Source: an uncultured Chloroflexia bacterium
GTDB lineage: Bacteria > Chloroflexota > Limnocylindria > QHBO01
Length of the DNA stretch: 64,000 bases
Assembly (NCBI GenBank): GCA_963814375.1
Contig: CAWFCQ010000005.1
Span: 128,304-192,303 of the forward strand
Reading direction: 5' to 3'
Positions 20,363 to 31,504 of this stretch are shown piece after piece; within the stretch, counting starts at the first letter, position 1, and each line of letters starts with the position of its first letter. A model generated the notes under the pieces. The model was given only the letters and a program-made list of their open reading frames with translations, was not told the DNA's origin and made no database searches. Position numbers and translations under genes: made by a program.

Positions 20363-21802
20363 TCAGCGCGGGCTCGGCGACGCCTCGGCCAGCATCTCGG
20401 CCGCGGCCCTGTCGCGGTCCTCGGCGCTGCGCGTGGTGAGGTAGGCATCGGTCGGGCCCAGCCGGAGGCGGATGGCGGGTGCGCTGCCGGCGAGCCGGTA
20501 CAGCCGCCCGGACTCGATCCGCGAAGCCGATGGATCGCGTGGCACGGTCACGAGCGCGGACTGATCACGCTCGTGGATGACGAGCCGATCCTGCTCGCCC
20601 GCCGCCTCGGCCTTGTAGCGCTCCTCCGCCTCCTGCCGCGAGAGGTCGCGCGGCAGCATCCCGTAGCGCCACATGCGGAGGGCGATCTCCGCGATCCCGA
20701 GCCGCTCGACCGCACCCGGGCTCCGCGCCAGGGTGATCGAGCCGTCCAGTCGCTCGAGCTTCCCGGTGATCTCGACCTCGATGCCGGCGCCCTCCGCGAG
20801 GCTGCGAGCGGGTGCCGGGAGGGCACCGGCGCCGAAGACCGGGTAACCGACCAGCAGGCTGGCCAGCAGCAGCAACGCCAGGACCGCGTAGATGATGGTC
20901 GGGACCCAGGACGCGGGGACGGTGATCGGCGGCCGGCGATCGGCTGAGAAGGCGCGCTCGGTCGACACCTCGGCGTCGATGGCAGCGAACCAGTCGCTGT
21001 CGAGGACCGGCGCAAGATCGAAGGTGTCTCGCTGGTAGAGGCCCTGGAGGCGCACCGGCTGCGCGTCCGGCGGATGCGGCGACCGCAGGATGATCGTGCT
21101 GCCGCCCTCCGCATCGGCGAGGTAGTAGTACCAGGCGGCGTCGGACCCCTCGCAGCCGTCGTCGGAAGCGCACGCGGAGAACTGCTCGGGGGAGACGACC
21201 CGCCCGGTCACGAGCAGCTCCGAGCCAGGCTCCTCGTCGTCGAGGTCGGAGGGGCGGAAGGCCTGGTCGGCCTGACCGCCATCGCCGACCTCTTCCAGAT
21301 AGCGGGTCGAGTCGACCGAGAAGGCGCCGGGCAGGGCTCCGAGGGCGTCGGTCGCGGCAGCCACGACGTCGGGGTCCTCGACCAGCCGCGCCGAGATCAC
21401 GCGCTCACGGATGAAGGCGTCGTTCTGCGCGCTCCGTACCAGCAGGCCGGTCGACGGGTCCGTCGGGTCGCGGGCAAGGTAGAAGAAGGTGCCGAGATCG
21501 GCGGGAGCCTCGAAATGCGTCTGGTCCACCACGGCGTCGAACTCGAACCAGATGCTGCCGCCCTCGTCGTCGCCGCGACTCGCGACATCGGCGAGCGTCG
21601 TGTCCTGGACGGTGGGACGAGAGGCGAGGATCGTCGCCGTATCGCGCGCCGTGAGGACGGCTGCCAGCGCCAACCCGCCGATGAGGAGGGGCACCGCGAA
21701 GCGGGCGAGCGAGCGTGCGCCCACGAAGCTGAGGAGCGCGCCGACGAACTGGCGGATGCCGTAGGCGATCGAGCCCAGCAGGGCGAGGAGGCGGTGCGTC
21801 AT
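20363..21802 (-). CDS. Uncharacterised two-TM membrane protein (479 aa)
   Basis: Long ORF with coding-like composition. TM1 FAVPLLIGGLALAAVLTA and TM2 WVPTIIYAVLALLLLASLLVGYPVF, separated by about 270 aa, then a C-terminal domain of about 150 aa. I recognise no family motif. Confidence 0.6.
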   Translation of the reverse strand: MTHRLLALLGSIAYGIRQFVGALLSFVGARSLARFAVPLLIGGLALAAVLTARDTATILASRPTVQDTTLADVASRGDDEGGSIWFEFDAVVDQTHFEAPADLGTFFYLARDPTDPSTGLLVRSAQNDAFIRERVISARLVEDPDVVAAATDALGALPGAFSVDSTRYLEEVGDGGQADQAFRPSDLDDEEPGSELLVTGRVVSPEQFSACASDDGCEGSDAAWYYYLADAEGGSTIILRSPHPPDAQPVRLQGLYQRDTFDLAPVLDSDWFAAIDAEVSTERAFSADRRPPITVPASWVPTIIYAVLALLLLASLLVGYPVFGAGALPAPARSLAEGAGIEVEITGKLERLDGSITLARSPGAVERLGIAEIALRMWRYGMLPRDLSRQEAEERYKAEAAGEQDRLVIHERDQSALVTVPRDPSASRIESGRLYRLAGSAPAIRLRLGPTDAYLTTRSAEDRDRAAAEMLAEASPSPR

Positions 21803-21871
21803 GCGCGCCGGCGGCCGCCGCGCTGCCGCCCGGCGACGCGATGCCGGCGGGCCCCTGCAGCGAGGATGGAC

Positions 21872-22165
21872 CTAGGCCGGTACGGCCTCCTCCTCGGGCG
21901 ATTCGACGTGGCCGTAGAGCGGCGTCTCGCGAGCGGCATCGGTGAGCATCGGGTCGAGCATCTTCTGGATCGCAAGGGTGTGGGTGCATCCACCCGCCGA
22001 CTCGAAGAGGTGGCAGTCACAGTGCCACGCGTCGGCGTCGAGCGACACGGTGTGGGTGCCGTTGTCGCCGGCGAAGCTGGCCCGAACGGCCTGGAGCTTC
22101 ACTCGGTCTGGCTCGTGCGCATAGCGCATCGCCTTCTCGACCTTGCCGATCATGCTCGAATGCAC
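21872..22165 (-). CDS. Small SWIM zinc-finger protein (97 aa or slightly shorter)
   Basis: CxC-x(n)-CxH pattern: WHCDCHLFESAGGCTHTLA. Start ambiguous (MHSSMIGKV...). Confidence 0.6.
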   Translation of the reverse strand: MHSSMIGKVEKAMRYAHEPDRVKLQAVRASFAGDNGTHTVSLDADAWHCDCHLFESAGGCTHTLAIQKMLDPMLTDAARETPLYGHVESPEEEAVPA

Positions 22166-22208
22166 GTCGCGGTTACCTCCATCGGCGCCGGTGGCCCCGG
22201 CGCCCTAT

Positions 22209-23402
22209 CTACGTGGCGCCCGTCGGGTCGGTTCCGGTGGCCCTGGCGAGCCGCTCCTTCAGCATCGCCAGCAGTGTAACCGGCGTCGGGTCGGTCTGGT
22301 AGAGGATGGCGAGGTAGACGCTGACGAGATCGCCGTAGGCGACGGCTCCGAGCACCTTCGCCAGCGGCGACGGCCCCTCGGCCCACACCTCGGACCGATT
22401 CGTGGCGCGCTCGCCGAGGAGCTCCTCGACGACCCGGTAGCGCTCGCGCAGGGCCTCGGGCTCGTCGGGGTCGCGCAGCTGGACGACGTAGAGGGCGTCG
22501 GACAGCTCGCGCGGGTTGAGGCTGCCCTCGATCGCGTTGTGGTTGGCCTCCGGCATCGGCTCCCACGCCGCCCAGGCCTTGGCGTTCTCGTTGAGCTGCG
22601 TCTTCCAGCGGTGCGCGACCGCCGCCATCGACCCATGACCGTAGATCACGGCGATGCGGCCGAACATCGACCACGCGAGCTGCTTGGCGGGGTTCGCATC
22701 GGTCTCGACCGACGGGCCGAGCCGCTCGAAAAGCGACTCGAGGCTTGCGACCGCCGGGCCGATCGGGTCGCCGCCATCGATGAGCTCGAGCCGCGTGAGC
22801 AGCTCGTGGACGAGGCCAACGCCGAAGCCGATCGCCGCGCGCGGCTGGCCGGCGAGCTGGTACTGGAGGAGCGGGATGCGATGCTCGGTCGCCTGCGCCG
22901 CGAGCGACCCGCCGGTGGTGATGACGGCCAGTGGGAGGCCGCGCTCGCGGGCAGCGGCGAAGCCGGAGAGGGTCTCGACCGTCTCGCCCGAGTGGCTGGC
23001 CGCGATCACGAGCGTCCTGGGGCCGACGCCGGCGGGCAACCCGTAGTCGCGATGCACCGCCACGGGCACGCGCAGGCGGTCGCCGGCGGCGGCAGCCACG
23101 AGCTCGGCGCCGATCGCCGACCCGCCCATCGCCAGGACAACGACCGCGTCGACGGAACGAAGCGACTCCGGGAGCTCGGCAGCCGCGGCCACGCGTCGTG
23201 CCTGGGCGAGCTGCCGCGGAAGCTCGGCGACGCGGCCGAGCATGTCCTCCGGGTCGATCTTGCGCAGGGCCTGGGGGTCATCGAGCGTGACCGCCTCCTC
23301 GAACAGGGGCGGCCGCTCGGCATCGGTCCCGTCGTCGCCCTCCGGTCGGCGCCCCGGCTCCTCGTCCGCGTGCTTGTATCCGAAGAAGTCGCGCGCGTCC
23401 AT
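22209..23402 (-). CDS. Bifunctional phosphoglucose/phosphomannose isomerase (SIS domain)
   Basis: From ATG 23402: ...VVVLAMGGSAIGAELV, IAASHSGETVETL (SIS SxSGxTxE), C-terminal ...AHRWKTQLNENAKAWAAWEPMPEANHNAIEG. As assembled it is in frame with upstream manB, giving a single 887-aa ORF. Confidence 0.8.
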   Translation of the reverse strand: MDARDFFGYKHADEEPGRRPEGDDGTDAERPPLFEEAVTLDDPQALRKIDPEDMLGRVAELPRQLAQARRVAAAAELPESLRSVDAVVVLAMGGSAIGAELVAAAAGDRLRVPVAVHRDYGLPAGVGPRTLVIAASHSGETVETLSGFAAARERGLPLAVITTGGSLAAQATEHRIPLLQYQLAGQPRAAIGFGVGLVHELLTRLELIDGGDPIGPAVASLESLFERLGPSVETDANPAKQLAWSMFGRIAVIYGHGSMAAVAHRWKTQLNENAKAWAAWEPMPEANHNAIEGSLNPRELSDALYVVQLRDPDEPEALRERYRVVEELLGERATNRSEVWAEGPSPLAKVLGAVAYGDLVSVYLAILYQTDPTPVTLLAMLKERLARATGTDPTGAT

Positions 23403-24872
23403 CAGGTCGCGGCGGCGGCCCGCGGCTGCTCGGCGCCGGCGATCTGGCGACCCTCCGCCAGGAGCGCGTCGACGTCCGTCGGGCGAACGAGCCTCGGCGT
23501 AGACGCGCAGCAGCGCCTCCGTGCCGCTGAAGCGGATGAGCATCCAGGAGCCGTCGGCCCGGTAGAACTTGAAGCCGTCGTTCGTCTCGAGCTTGAACCG
23601 CTCGACGACCTCCAGGCCGGAGAGCTCGGTGGGCGCCTCGTTCTCGAGCCGCGCCAGGGTCTCGGCCTTCACCGCCTCGTAGCCCTCGCGCGCGAAGCGG
23701 ATGTCGATGCGGTTGTAGTACGAGGGGCCGGCGAGGGCCTGGAGCTCGGCCAGCACCTCGGACGCCTTCTTGCCCCGCGTCAGCCACAGGTCGAGCAGGA
23801 AGAGGCCCGATGCGATGCCGTCGCGCTCGGGAATGTGCATCCCGAACCCGAAGCCTCCCGACTCCTCCCCGCCGATGACAGCGTTCGTCTCGGTCATCTT
23901 CGGGCCGACGAACTTGAAGCCGACGCCCGTCTCGTGCGCCTGCGTGCCATAGATCTCGGCCAGTCGCTTCGCCATCGAGGTGGTGGTGACGGTGTAGACC
24001 GCCGGGCCGATCTGGCCGCGCACCTCGAGCAGGTACCAGTACAGGAGGCCGTAGACCTGGAGCTGGTTGACGAAGACCCCCTCCTCGGTCGCCATGCCGA
24101 CCCGATCCGCGTCTCCGTCGAACGCGATGCCGATCTCGGCGCCCCAGCGCGGGATCTCCTCGAGCCACTCGTCGATGTTGGGGCGGATCGGCTCGGGATT
24201 GACGCCGCCGAAGTATGGATTGCGCTCGGTGTGCAGCTCGCGAACCGTGAGCCGCCCATCGCCGATGAGACGGGTCATCCACCCCGAGCCGGAGCCGAAG
24301 AGGGTCTCGACCAGCACGCGCCGATCGGCGGCTCGGATGCGCTCGAGATCGACGATGCTCGCCAACTGGTCGCGGAAGCGCGGGTATGGATCGAAGGTCT
24401 CGACCAGGCCGGCGGCGACCGCGTCGTCGTAGTCGCGCCGCGGCGGCAGCTCGTCCTCGGGATGGGTGTCCATGGTCGCCTCGATGGCGGCCAGCATCTC
24501 GGGCGCGGCAGCACCACCGCTGTCGGCCTTGACCTTGAAGCCGTTGTCGGTCCACGGGTTGTGGCTGGCGGTGATGACGATCCCGGCCCCCGCACCCAGC
24601 TCGCGCGTGAAGAAGCTGCCGACCTGGGTGGGGACCGCCTCGGGCGGCGCCAGGGTGCGGATGTCGTGGGCCGCGAGCACCTCGATGCAGGCACGGGCGA
24701 AATGCTCGCTCGCGAAGCGGCGATCGTGGCAGACCACGACGCCACGATCGGCGGCGCCGATCGCACGAAGGTGCTCGGCCACGCCGCGCGCGCAGCGTCG
24801 GACGTTATGGAAGGTGTAGTCCTCGGCGATGGCCGCGCGCCAGCCGTCCGTCCCGAACTTGATCTTCGTCAC
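23402..24872 (-). CDS. manB: Phosphomannomutase/phosphoglucomutase; frame-disrupted near nt 23477
   Basis: FGTDGWR, TASHNPWTDNGFKV (phospho-Ser loop), FDGDADRVG, GEESGG, IRFSGTEALLRVYAEA. After ...ARSPD the in-frame text turns Arg-rich. The -1 shifted frame reads DVDALLAEGRQIAGAEQPRAAAAT then TGA at 23404-23402, overlapping the downstream ATG (TGATG). Confidence 0.8.
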
Positions 24873-24935
24873 TGCTGGAGAGCACTCGTCGGCGATTGCT
24901 CGCCCATGGTAGCGGCTCGATTGTAGCGACCGCTG

Positions 24936-25599
24936 TCACCCAAGGCGGTCGGACGGCGTCGTCCGTCGAACGGCCGGAATCGGCCGCGATCGCGCGGTGG
25001 GCTCGTCCAGCGCCGCCTGGAGCCGGATCAGCAACGGCCGCAGCCGCTCACGCTCGCCGACCTGGATCGGTTCAGCCTCGTCCACCCGCAGGCGGCAGAA
25101 CGGGAGCGGAACGATGTGGCGATCCCAGCGACCACTGAGCCGCAGGGCAGGCTCGGCCCGCACGGCCCAGGGCTGGAGCGGCAACCGCGACTCGCGGGCG
25201 ACGATCAGGGCCCCGGGCTTCGCGCGCCGGTAAGGCCCGTTCGGGCCGTCCGGGCTCACGACCAGGGTCGCGCCCGACGCGCCGAGACGCGCCATCTCAC
25301 GCGAGAGCCGCGCAGCCTCGGCCGCTTCTCCCTCGGCGGGCAGCGGCACCGACCCAGCGCTGAGCGCCGACAGCATCGCGTCCATGACCTCGCCGCGGAA
25401 GGTCTGCGGTGCTGAAGCTGACGTGCCATAACTTACGCCGTAAGCGAAACGCGGCGATCGCGGCGACGAGGTTGTACTCGTGCCAGAAGGCGAGCACGAC
25501 CTGGGACTGGGTGACCGATCCGTCGACGCGGCAGGTGGCGGCCACGAGCCGAACGTAGCCGGCCATGGCAAGGCCGACGAGACGAGCCAGCGGACGCAT
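24936..25599 (-). CDS. DUF374-family protein (lysophospholipid acyltransferase-like); frame-disrupted near nt 25401
   Basis: The N-terminal part MRPLARLVGLAMAGYVRLVAATCRVDG...LAFWHEYNLVAAIAAF lies in one frame. The remainder ...FRGEVMDAMLSAL...LVVSPDGPNGPYRRAKPGALIVARESRLPLQP lies in another. Total length is 3n+1. Confidence 0.6.
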
Positions 25600-25610
25600 C
25601 GGCGCGCCGC

Positions 25611-26681
25611 CTACAGGTAACGGTCGCCGGCGGTTCGGGCGATCTCGTCCAGCACCGGCTTGATCTCCTCCGCCCGGTCGCGGCTGCACACCAGCAGGGC
25701 ATCGGGGGTGTCGACGATGATCACGTCCTCGAGCCCGACCGTCACCACCAGCCGGTCGCCGCCATGCACCAGGACGCGGTGCGAGTCACGGTCGAGATGG
25801 CGCCCGCTGGCGACGAGGTCCTTCCCCTCCGCGGCGGAGAGGGCCTCGAGCAGCGCCGACCACGAGCCGATGTCGGACCATCCCGCCGAGAGCGGCACGA
25901 CGGCGATGCGACCCTCGGCCGCGGCGGGCTCCGCGATGCCGACGTCGATCGTGATCGCCGGCACCGGCTCCAGCAGATCGCGCACCTGGCTCATCCACCC
26001 GGGCGTGCGGTGGAGGGCGCCGATGCGGTCGAGCGCTTCGGCCAGTGCCGGCTGGAAGCGCTCCACCGCCTGCCGGAAGGCGTACACGCGCCACACGAAT
26101 ATCCCTGCATTCCACAGGTATCCGCCCTCCTCGAGCATGGCCGTGGCCGTGGACGCGTCGGGCTTCTCCGCGAATCTCTCGACCTTGGCGGTCGTGCCGG
26201 ACGGGTGCAGCGGCTCCCCGGCCTTGATGTACCCGTAGCCCGTGGCAGCGTGCGTGGGCACGACGCCGAGGGTGACGAGGTACCCGCGCTCGGCAGCTCT
26301 CGCAGCCTCGCGCAGCGCATCGGCGAACGCGCCCTCGTCGGCGACGAAGTGATCGGCCGGCAGGACCAGGGCCACCTCGTCGCTCTCGCGCCGGGCGAGA
26401 ACGGTCGCCAGCCCGGCGGCGACCGCCGTCGAGCGGGCGAGCGGCTCCCCGAGGACGTTGTCCGGCGGCAGCTGGGGAAGCTGGTCCTGCGTGGCTCGCA
26501 CATGTGCCTGGCTGGTGATGACATAGATGTCGTGCGGCTTGAGCAGCGCACCCAGTCGGGCCACGGTCTGCTGGAGCAGGCTCGTGTCGCCGGTCAGCGC
26601 CAGGAGCTGCTTCGGCGTGCCTCGGCGCGAGAGCGGCCAGAGGCGTGTGCCGGCCCCACCGGCCATGACGATCGCGAACAT
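25611..26681 (-). CDS. manC: Mannose-1-phosphate guanylyltransferase (356 aa)
   Basis: MFAIVMAGGAGTRLWPLSRRGTPKQLL..., ...GYGYIKAG..., ERFAEKPD, LWNAGIFVW. ATG 26681 overlaps the proC stop (ATGA). Confidence 0.88.
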   Translation of the reverse strand: MFAIVMAGGAGTRLWPLSRRGTPKQLLALTGDTSLLQQTVARLGALLKPHDIYVITSQAHVRATQDQLPQLPPDNVLGEPLARSTAVAAGLATVLARRESDEVALVLPADHFVADEGAFADALREAARAAERGYLVTLGVVPTHAATGYGYIKAGEPLHPSGTTAKVERFAEKPDASTATAMLEEGGYLWNAGIFVWRVYAFRQAVERFQPALAEALDRIGALHRTPGWMSQVRDLLEPVPAITIDVGIAEPAAAEGRIAVVPLSAGWSDIGSWSALLEALSAAEGKDLVASGRHLDRDSHRVLVHGGDRLVVTVGLEDVIIVDTPDALLVCSRDRAEEIKPVLDEIARTAGDRYL

Positions 26682-27523
26682 CAGTCGCGCTCGACCTCCG
26701 CCTCGAGACGCTCGCCGAGCTCGAGCGTTCGCCGATAGGCCGCCCATACGGCGTCCGAGAAGACGGTGCGGATGCGACCCTTCTCGAGCTCGTAGATTGC
26801 CGCCGCGCTCGTCCCGCCCGGCGACGTCACCAGGTTGCGGAGCTGGGCCGGATGCAGCTCCGACCGCGCGGCGTACTCGGCCGAGCCGATGAGGGTTTCC
26901 ACCACCAGGTCGTGGGCGAGCTCGCGCGGGAAGCCGAGGTGGACGCCGGCATCGATGAGCGCCTCCATGACCGCGAAGAGATAGGTCGGTCCGGTTCCGG
27001 AGAGCGCCGTCGCCATGGCGACGAATGACTCGTCGCCCACCTCCCGCTCGTCGCCGAGCGCGCGCAGCACGCTGCGGGCGAGGTCGCGCTGACGCTTCGT
27101 GCAGGCCTCGCTCGCCGACCAGACGCTCATGCCCCGCCGGATCTGGCTGGGCGTGTTGGGCATCGCCCGCACGACGGCGGCGTGCTGGAGACCGTCGACC
27201 AGGGTGCGCACGGTGGCGCCGGCGACGATCGAGACGACGACCTGGTCCGCCTCCAGCCTGCCGCGGAGCTCGCGCATGACGCGTACCAGCATCTGTGGCT
27301 TGACGGCGAGGACGACGACCTCTGCATCGGGCAGCGCATCCCGGTTCGCGGCAACGGGCCGGATCCCGTGTCGCTCCGCCAGGGCGTCCCGTCGATCCCG
27401 GCGCGGATGGCTCGCCGCCAGGGTCGTCGGCGCGACGGCACGGTCGGCGATGAGGCCGGCGATCATCGCCTCGGCCATGACCCCGGCGCCGACGATGCCG
27501 ACCCGCATGGTCCGTCGCGTCAT
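26681..27523 (-). CDS. proC: Pyrroline-5-carboxylate reductase (280 aa)
   Basis: MRVGIVGAGVMAEAMIAGL (Rossmann), ...VRAMPNTPSQIRRGMS..., SPGGTSAAAIYELEKG. ATG 27523 overlaps the upstream stop (ATGA). Confidence 0.9.
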   Translation of the reverse strand: MTRRTMRVGIVGAGVMAEAMIAGLIADRAVAPTTLAASHPRRDRRDALAERHGIRPVAANRDALPDAEVVVLAVKPQMLVRVMRELRGRLEADQVVVSIVAGATVRTLVDGLQHAAVVRAMPNTPSQIRRGMSVWSASEACTKRQRDLARSVLRALGDEREVGDESFVAMATALSGTGPTYLFAVMEALIDAGVHLGFPRELAHDLVVETLIGSAEYAARSELHPAQLRNLVTSPGGTSAAAIYELEKGRIRTVFSDAVWAAYRRTLELGERLEAEVERD

Positions 27524-28035
27524 CGCGCCGCCTCCTGTCGCTCCCCGACCGATACCTCGCTGCCAACCAGCCGTCGGGCCGCCTCGATCTCCGCTGCCGG
27601 AGCGCCCGACCGGACGAGCAGATCCACCGCGGCCGATGCGATGCGGCGCGCGGCAGTCACGTCCCCCAGGTCGAGAAGCGCCTGACCGAGCCCGAGCGAT
27701 GCCCGGCCCTGCTCGTGCTCCGCTCCGATGTCGCGCGCCTCGTCGATCGCCTCCGCATAGTACCGGCGCGCGCTGAGCGGATCGCCGGCCGCGACGCGCA
27801 GGTCGCCGATGCGACGTGCCTGGCGCGTGGCCTGGAGGGTCATCTCCGCCCGCTCGAAGTGCCACAGGGCACGATGCGCCCACACGTCGGCGGGCCACCA
27901 GTCCCCCGTCGCCACGCCGTGCTCCATCGCCGCCACCGCGGCGGCCGCGGCGCGGCGGTGATCCGCCGCGCGCTCCGCCTCCAGGTACGGGACGGCCAGC
28001 TCGCTGCGTCGCAGCACGAGCGGGAGCTCCGGCAA
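27520..28035 (-). CDS. Hypothetical helical (TPR-like) protein (171 aa, TTG start)
   Basis: ORF with coding-like composition, coupled to proC. Repeated A/L/R helical pairs (ARRYYAEAIDEARDIG...GLGQALLDLGD). No catalytic motif. Start uncertain. Confidence 0.45.
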   Translation of the reverse strand: MPELPLVLRRSELAVPYLEAERAADHRRAAAAAVAAMEHGVATGDWWPADVWAHRALWHFERAEMTLQATRQARRIGDLRVAAGDPLSARRYYAEAIDEARDIGAEHEQGRASLGLGQALLDLGDVTAARRIASAAVDLLVRSGAPAAEIEAARRLVGSEVSVGERQEAAR

Positions 28036-28176
28036 GCCGCTCTCCGCAACCGGCCGGCGTGCCCCCGATAGCCAGCCGCGCCCGGGCCACGAGCCTGCTC
28101 GACGACGCCGGGCGCCGGCTCGCCCCAGGCCGGGTGCGACGATGTGGACGCGCGCCGGTCGCTCATGGCGGCTGGC

Positions 28177-29361
28177 TCAGCCGACGGCGCTTCGCAGGTC
28201 GTCGACGCGGTCGACTCGCTCCCACGGAAGATCGAGGTCGGAGCGCCCGAAGTGACCATAGGCCGCCGTCTGGCGGTAGATCGGCCGCTGCAGATCGAGC
28301 TCGCGGATGATGGCGCCCGGACGCAGGTCGAATGCCTCCTGGACGATGCTGGCCAGGTGCGCGTCGGGCAGGACACCGGTGCCCCACGTCTGAACGTTGA
28401 CCGCCAGCGGGTGGGCGACGCCGATGGCGTAGGCGAGCTGGATCTCGCAGCGCCTGGCGAGCCCGGCGGCGACGACGTTCTTCGCCGCGTAGCGCGCCAT
28501 GTACGCTCCCGAGCGGTCCACCTTGGTCGGGTCCTTGCCGCTGAACGAGCCTCCGCCGTGACGGGCCATGCCGCCGTAGGTGTCGACGATGATCTTTCGC
28601 CCGGACAGGCCCGAGTCGCCCATCGGCCCACCGATGACGAAGCGACCGGTCGGGTTGACGAGGTGCCGCGTCTCGTCGTCGAGCAGCTCGGCCGGGATGG
28701 CCGCCTCGACGACATGCTCGCGAACTGCCGCCGCCAGCTCGTCGATCTCCACCTCCGGGTCGTGCTGGGTGCTCACCAGCACGGTGTGCACGCGGCGCGG
28801 CACCAGGTCGGCGTCGTACTCAACCGTGATCTGGCTCTTGCCGTCGGGCCGCAGGAACGGCAGCGTGCCGGCACGGCGCACCTCGGCCAGCCGCCGCGCG
28901 ACACGGTGCGCCAGCATGATCGGCATCGGCATGAGCTCATCCGACTCGTCGGTCGCGTAGCCGAACATCATTCCCTGGTCGCCGGCGCCGAGCTCGTCGG
29001 CCTCGCGTCCCTCGCGCGCCTCGAGCGCGTGATCGACGCCGCGGGCGATGTCGGGAGACTGCTCCTTGATCGCCGTCAGGGTCCCGCACGTCTCCCAGTC
29101 GAAGCCGAGCCGGCTGTCGGTGTAGCCGATCTCCCGCACCGTGCGTCGCACGACCTCCTGGACGTCAACGTAGTGGGTGGTCGTGACCTCGCCCAGCACG
29201 ATCACCATGCCGGTCGTCGTCGCCACCTCGACCGCGGAGCGCGCATCGGGATCGTGCCCGAGGACATCGTCCAGCACGGCATCGGCGACGGCGTCACACA
29301 GCTTGTCGGGATGGCCCTCGGTGACCGACTCCGATGTGAAGAGGGTGGACTCCGCTGGCAT
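28177..29361 (-). CDS. metK: S-adenosylmethionine synthase
   Basis: [44 protein letters not shown]. Intact at 394 aa. Confidence 0.95.
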   Translation of the reverse strand: MPAESTLFTSESVTEGHPDKLCDAVADAVLDDVLGHDPDARSAVEVATTTGMVIVLGEVTTTHYVDVQEVVRRTVREIGYTDSRLGFDWETCGTLTAIKEQSPDIARGVDHALEAREGREADELGAGDQGMMFGYATDESDELMPMPIMLAHRVARRLAEVRRAGTLPFLRPDGKSQITVEYDADLVPRRVHTVLVSTQHDPEVEIDELAAAVREHVVEAAIPAELLDDETRHLVNPTGRFVIGGPMGDSGLSGRKIIVDTYGGMARHGGGSFSGKDPTKVDRSGAYMARYAAKNVVAAGLARRCEIQLAYAIGVAHPLAVNVQTWGTGVLPDAHLASIVQEAFDLRPGAIIRELDLQRPIYRQTAAYGHFGRSDLDLPWERVDRVDDLRSAVG

Positions 29362-30620
<1,259 letters not shown>

Positions 30621-30624
<4 letters not shown>

Positions 30625-31481
30625 CTCGACTCGCGTTGCCACGGGATTCGCATTGCCTCTCGTATCGGTCGCATCAGTCCCCAGCCGCCGGCACGCCTGC
30701 GGACAAGGCGTTCGATGAGCTGGCAGTGCGTACGGTAGCCGAGGCGCGTGTAGGCCGCGACGGCCGGGTCGTTGTCGGCGTGGACGTTGAGCGCGACGTC
30801 GCTCACTCGATCGAGCAGCTCGGCCGTCACCGCGCTCGTCACCATCTTGGCGAAGTCGTGCCCGCGAAAGTCGAGATGGGTCATGACGTTGCCGACGACC
30901 GCGATGCCCTCGCGGGCGTTGATGGCGTGCGTTCCGGCCGCGCTGACGAGCTTGCCGCGGACCCGGATGCCGTAGTACGTGCCTTCCTCCAGCACCGATG
31001 CCGGAAAGCCGCCGCGGAAGCCGAGCTGGTAGAGCCGGTTGAGGTCATCCACGTCGAGCGCGGTCAGCCGTTCGGCCGGCCCGGCGAACGGCACGTACGT
31101 GTCGCGGTCGACGACCATGCGCAGCATCCGTATCGGCACGTCGAGCTCGTAGAGGTCGCGCACGGCATCCTCGTGCTCCTCGAGCCCCTGGAGATAGGCG
31201 TCGCGCGGCTTCAGGACGGAGTCGAGGATCGCGCGGCAGCCCTCCGGGTCGCCCATGAGGAACAGCGGCTGCGGCACGAGGCCCTCGTGGTGCATCACCA
31301 GGGCGGTGGGGCGGCCGGCGTCATCGGTGGCGATTCCCCACGCCACGCGGCCGCGGTTGGGTCCGTCGAGATCGCCGAGCGCGTAGGCGGCGTAGACCCG
31401 GTCGGTGCGCAGGAATGCCGCGATCTCGGCGCGGTCGCTGACCGCACGAGCGCGAGAACGGGTCGAGGTCGCGACCGCCAT
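30621..31481 (-). CDS. GNAT-family N-acetyltransferase (286 aa)
   Basis: C-terminal acetyltransferase core ...[48 protein letters not shown]...AYTRLGY. The stop overlaps the ahcY ATG (ATGA). Confidence 0.65.
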
Positions 31482-31504
31482 CGGGCCTTCCGCGCCTCCG
31501 GCGC

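Noticed and set aside
22143-24926. 927-aa plus-strand ORF
   Set aside because: Exactly antisense to manB and the PGI/PMI gene. Low-complexity R/G/D/L/E composition typical of high-GC shadow ORFs. No start context.
26682-28090. Long N-terminal extensions of the manC (651 aa) and proC (469 aa) ORFs
   Set aside because: The extensions are Arg/Gly/Pro-rich and overlap the true upstream genes in other frames. Internal ATGs coupled by ATGA give canonical-length proteins.
28036-28176. Possible small gene or N-terminal extension (MSDRRASTSSHPAWGE...) between metK and the TPR-like gene
   Set aside because: The ORF is in a different frame from the downstream gene, is part of a long Arg/Ser/Pro-rich shadow ORF (27840..28715), and has no RBS. 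Left unannotated.
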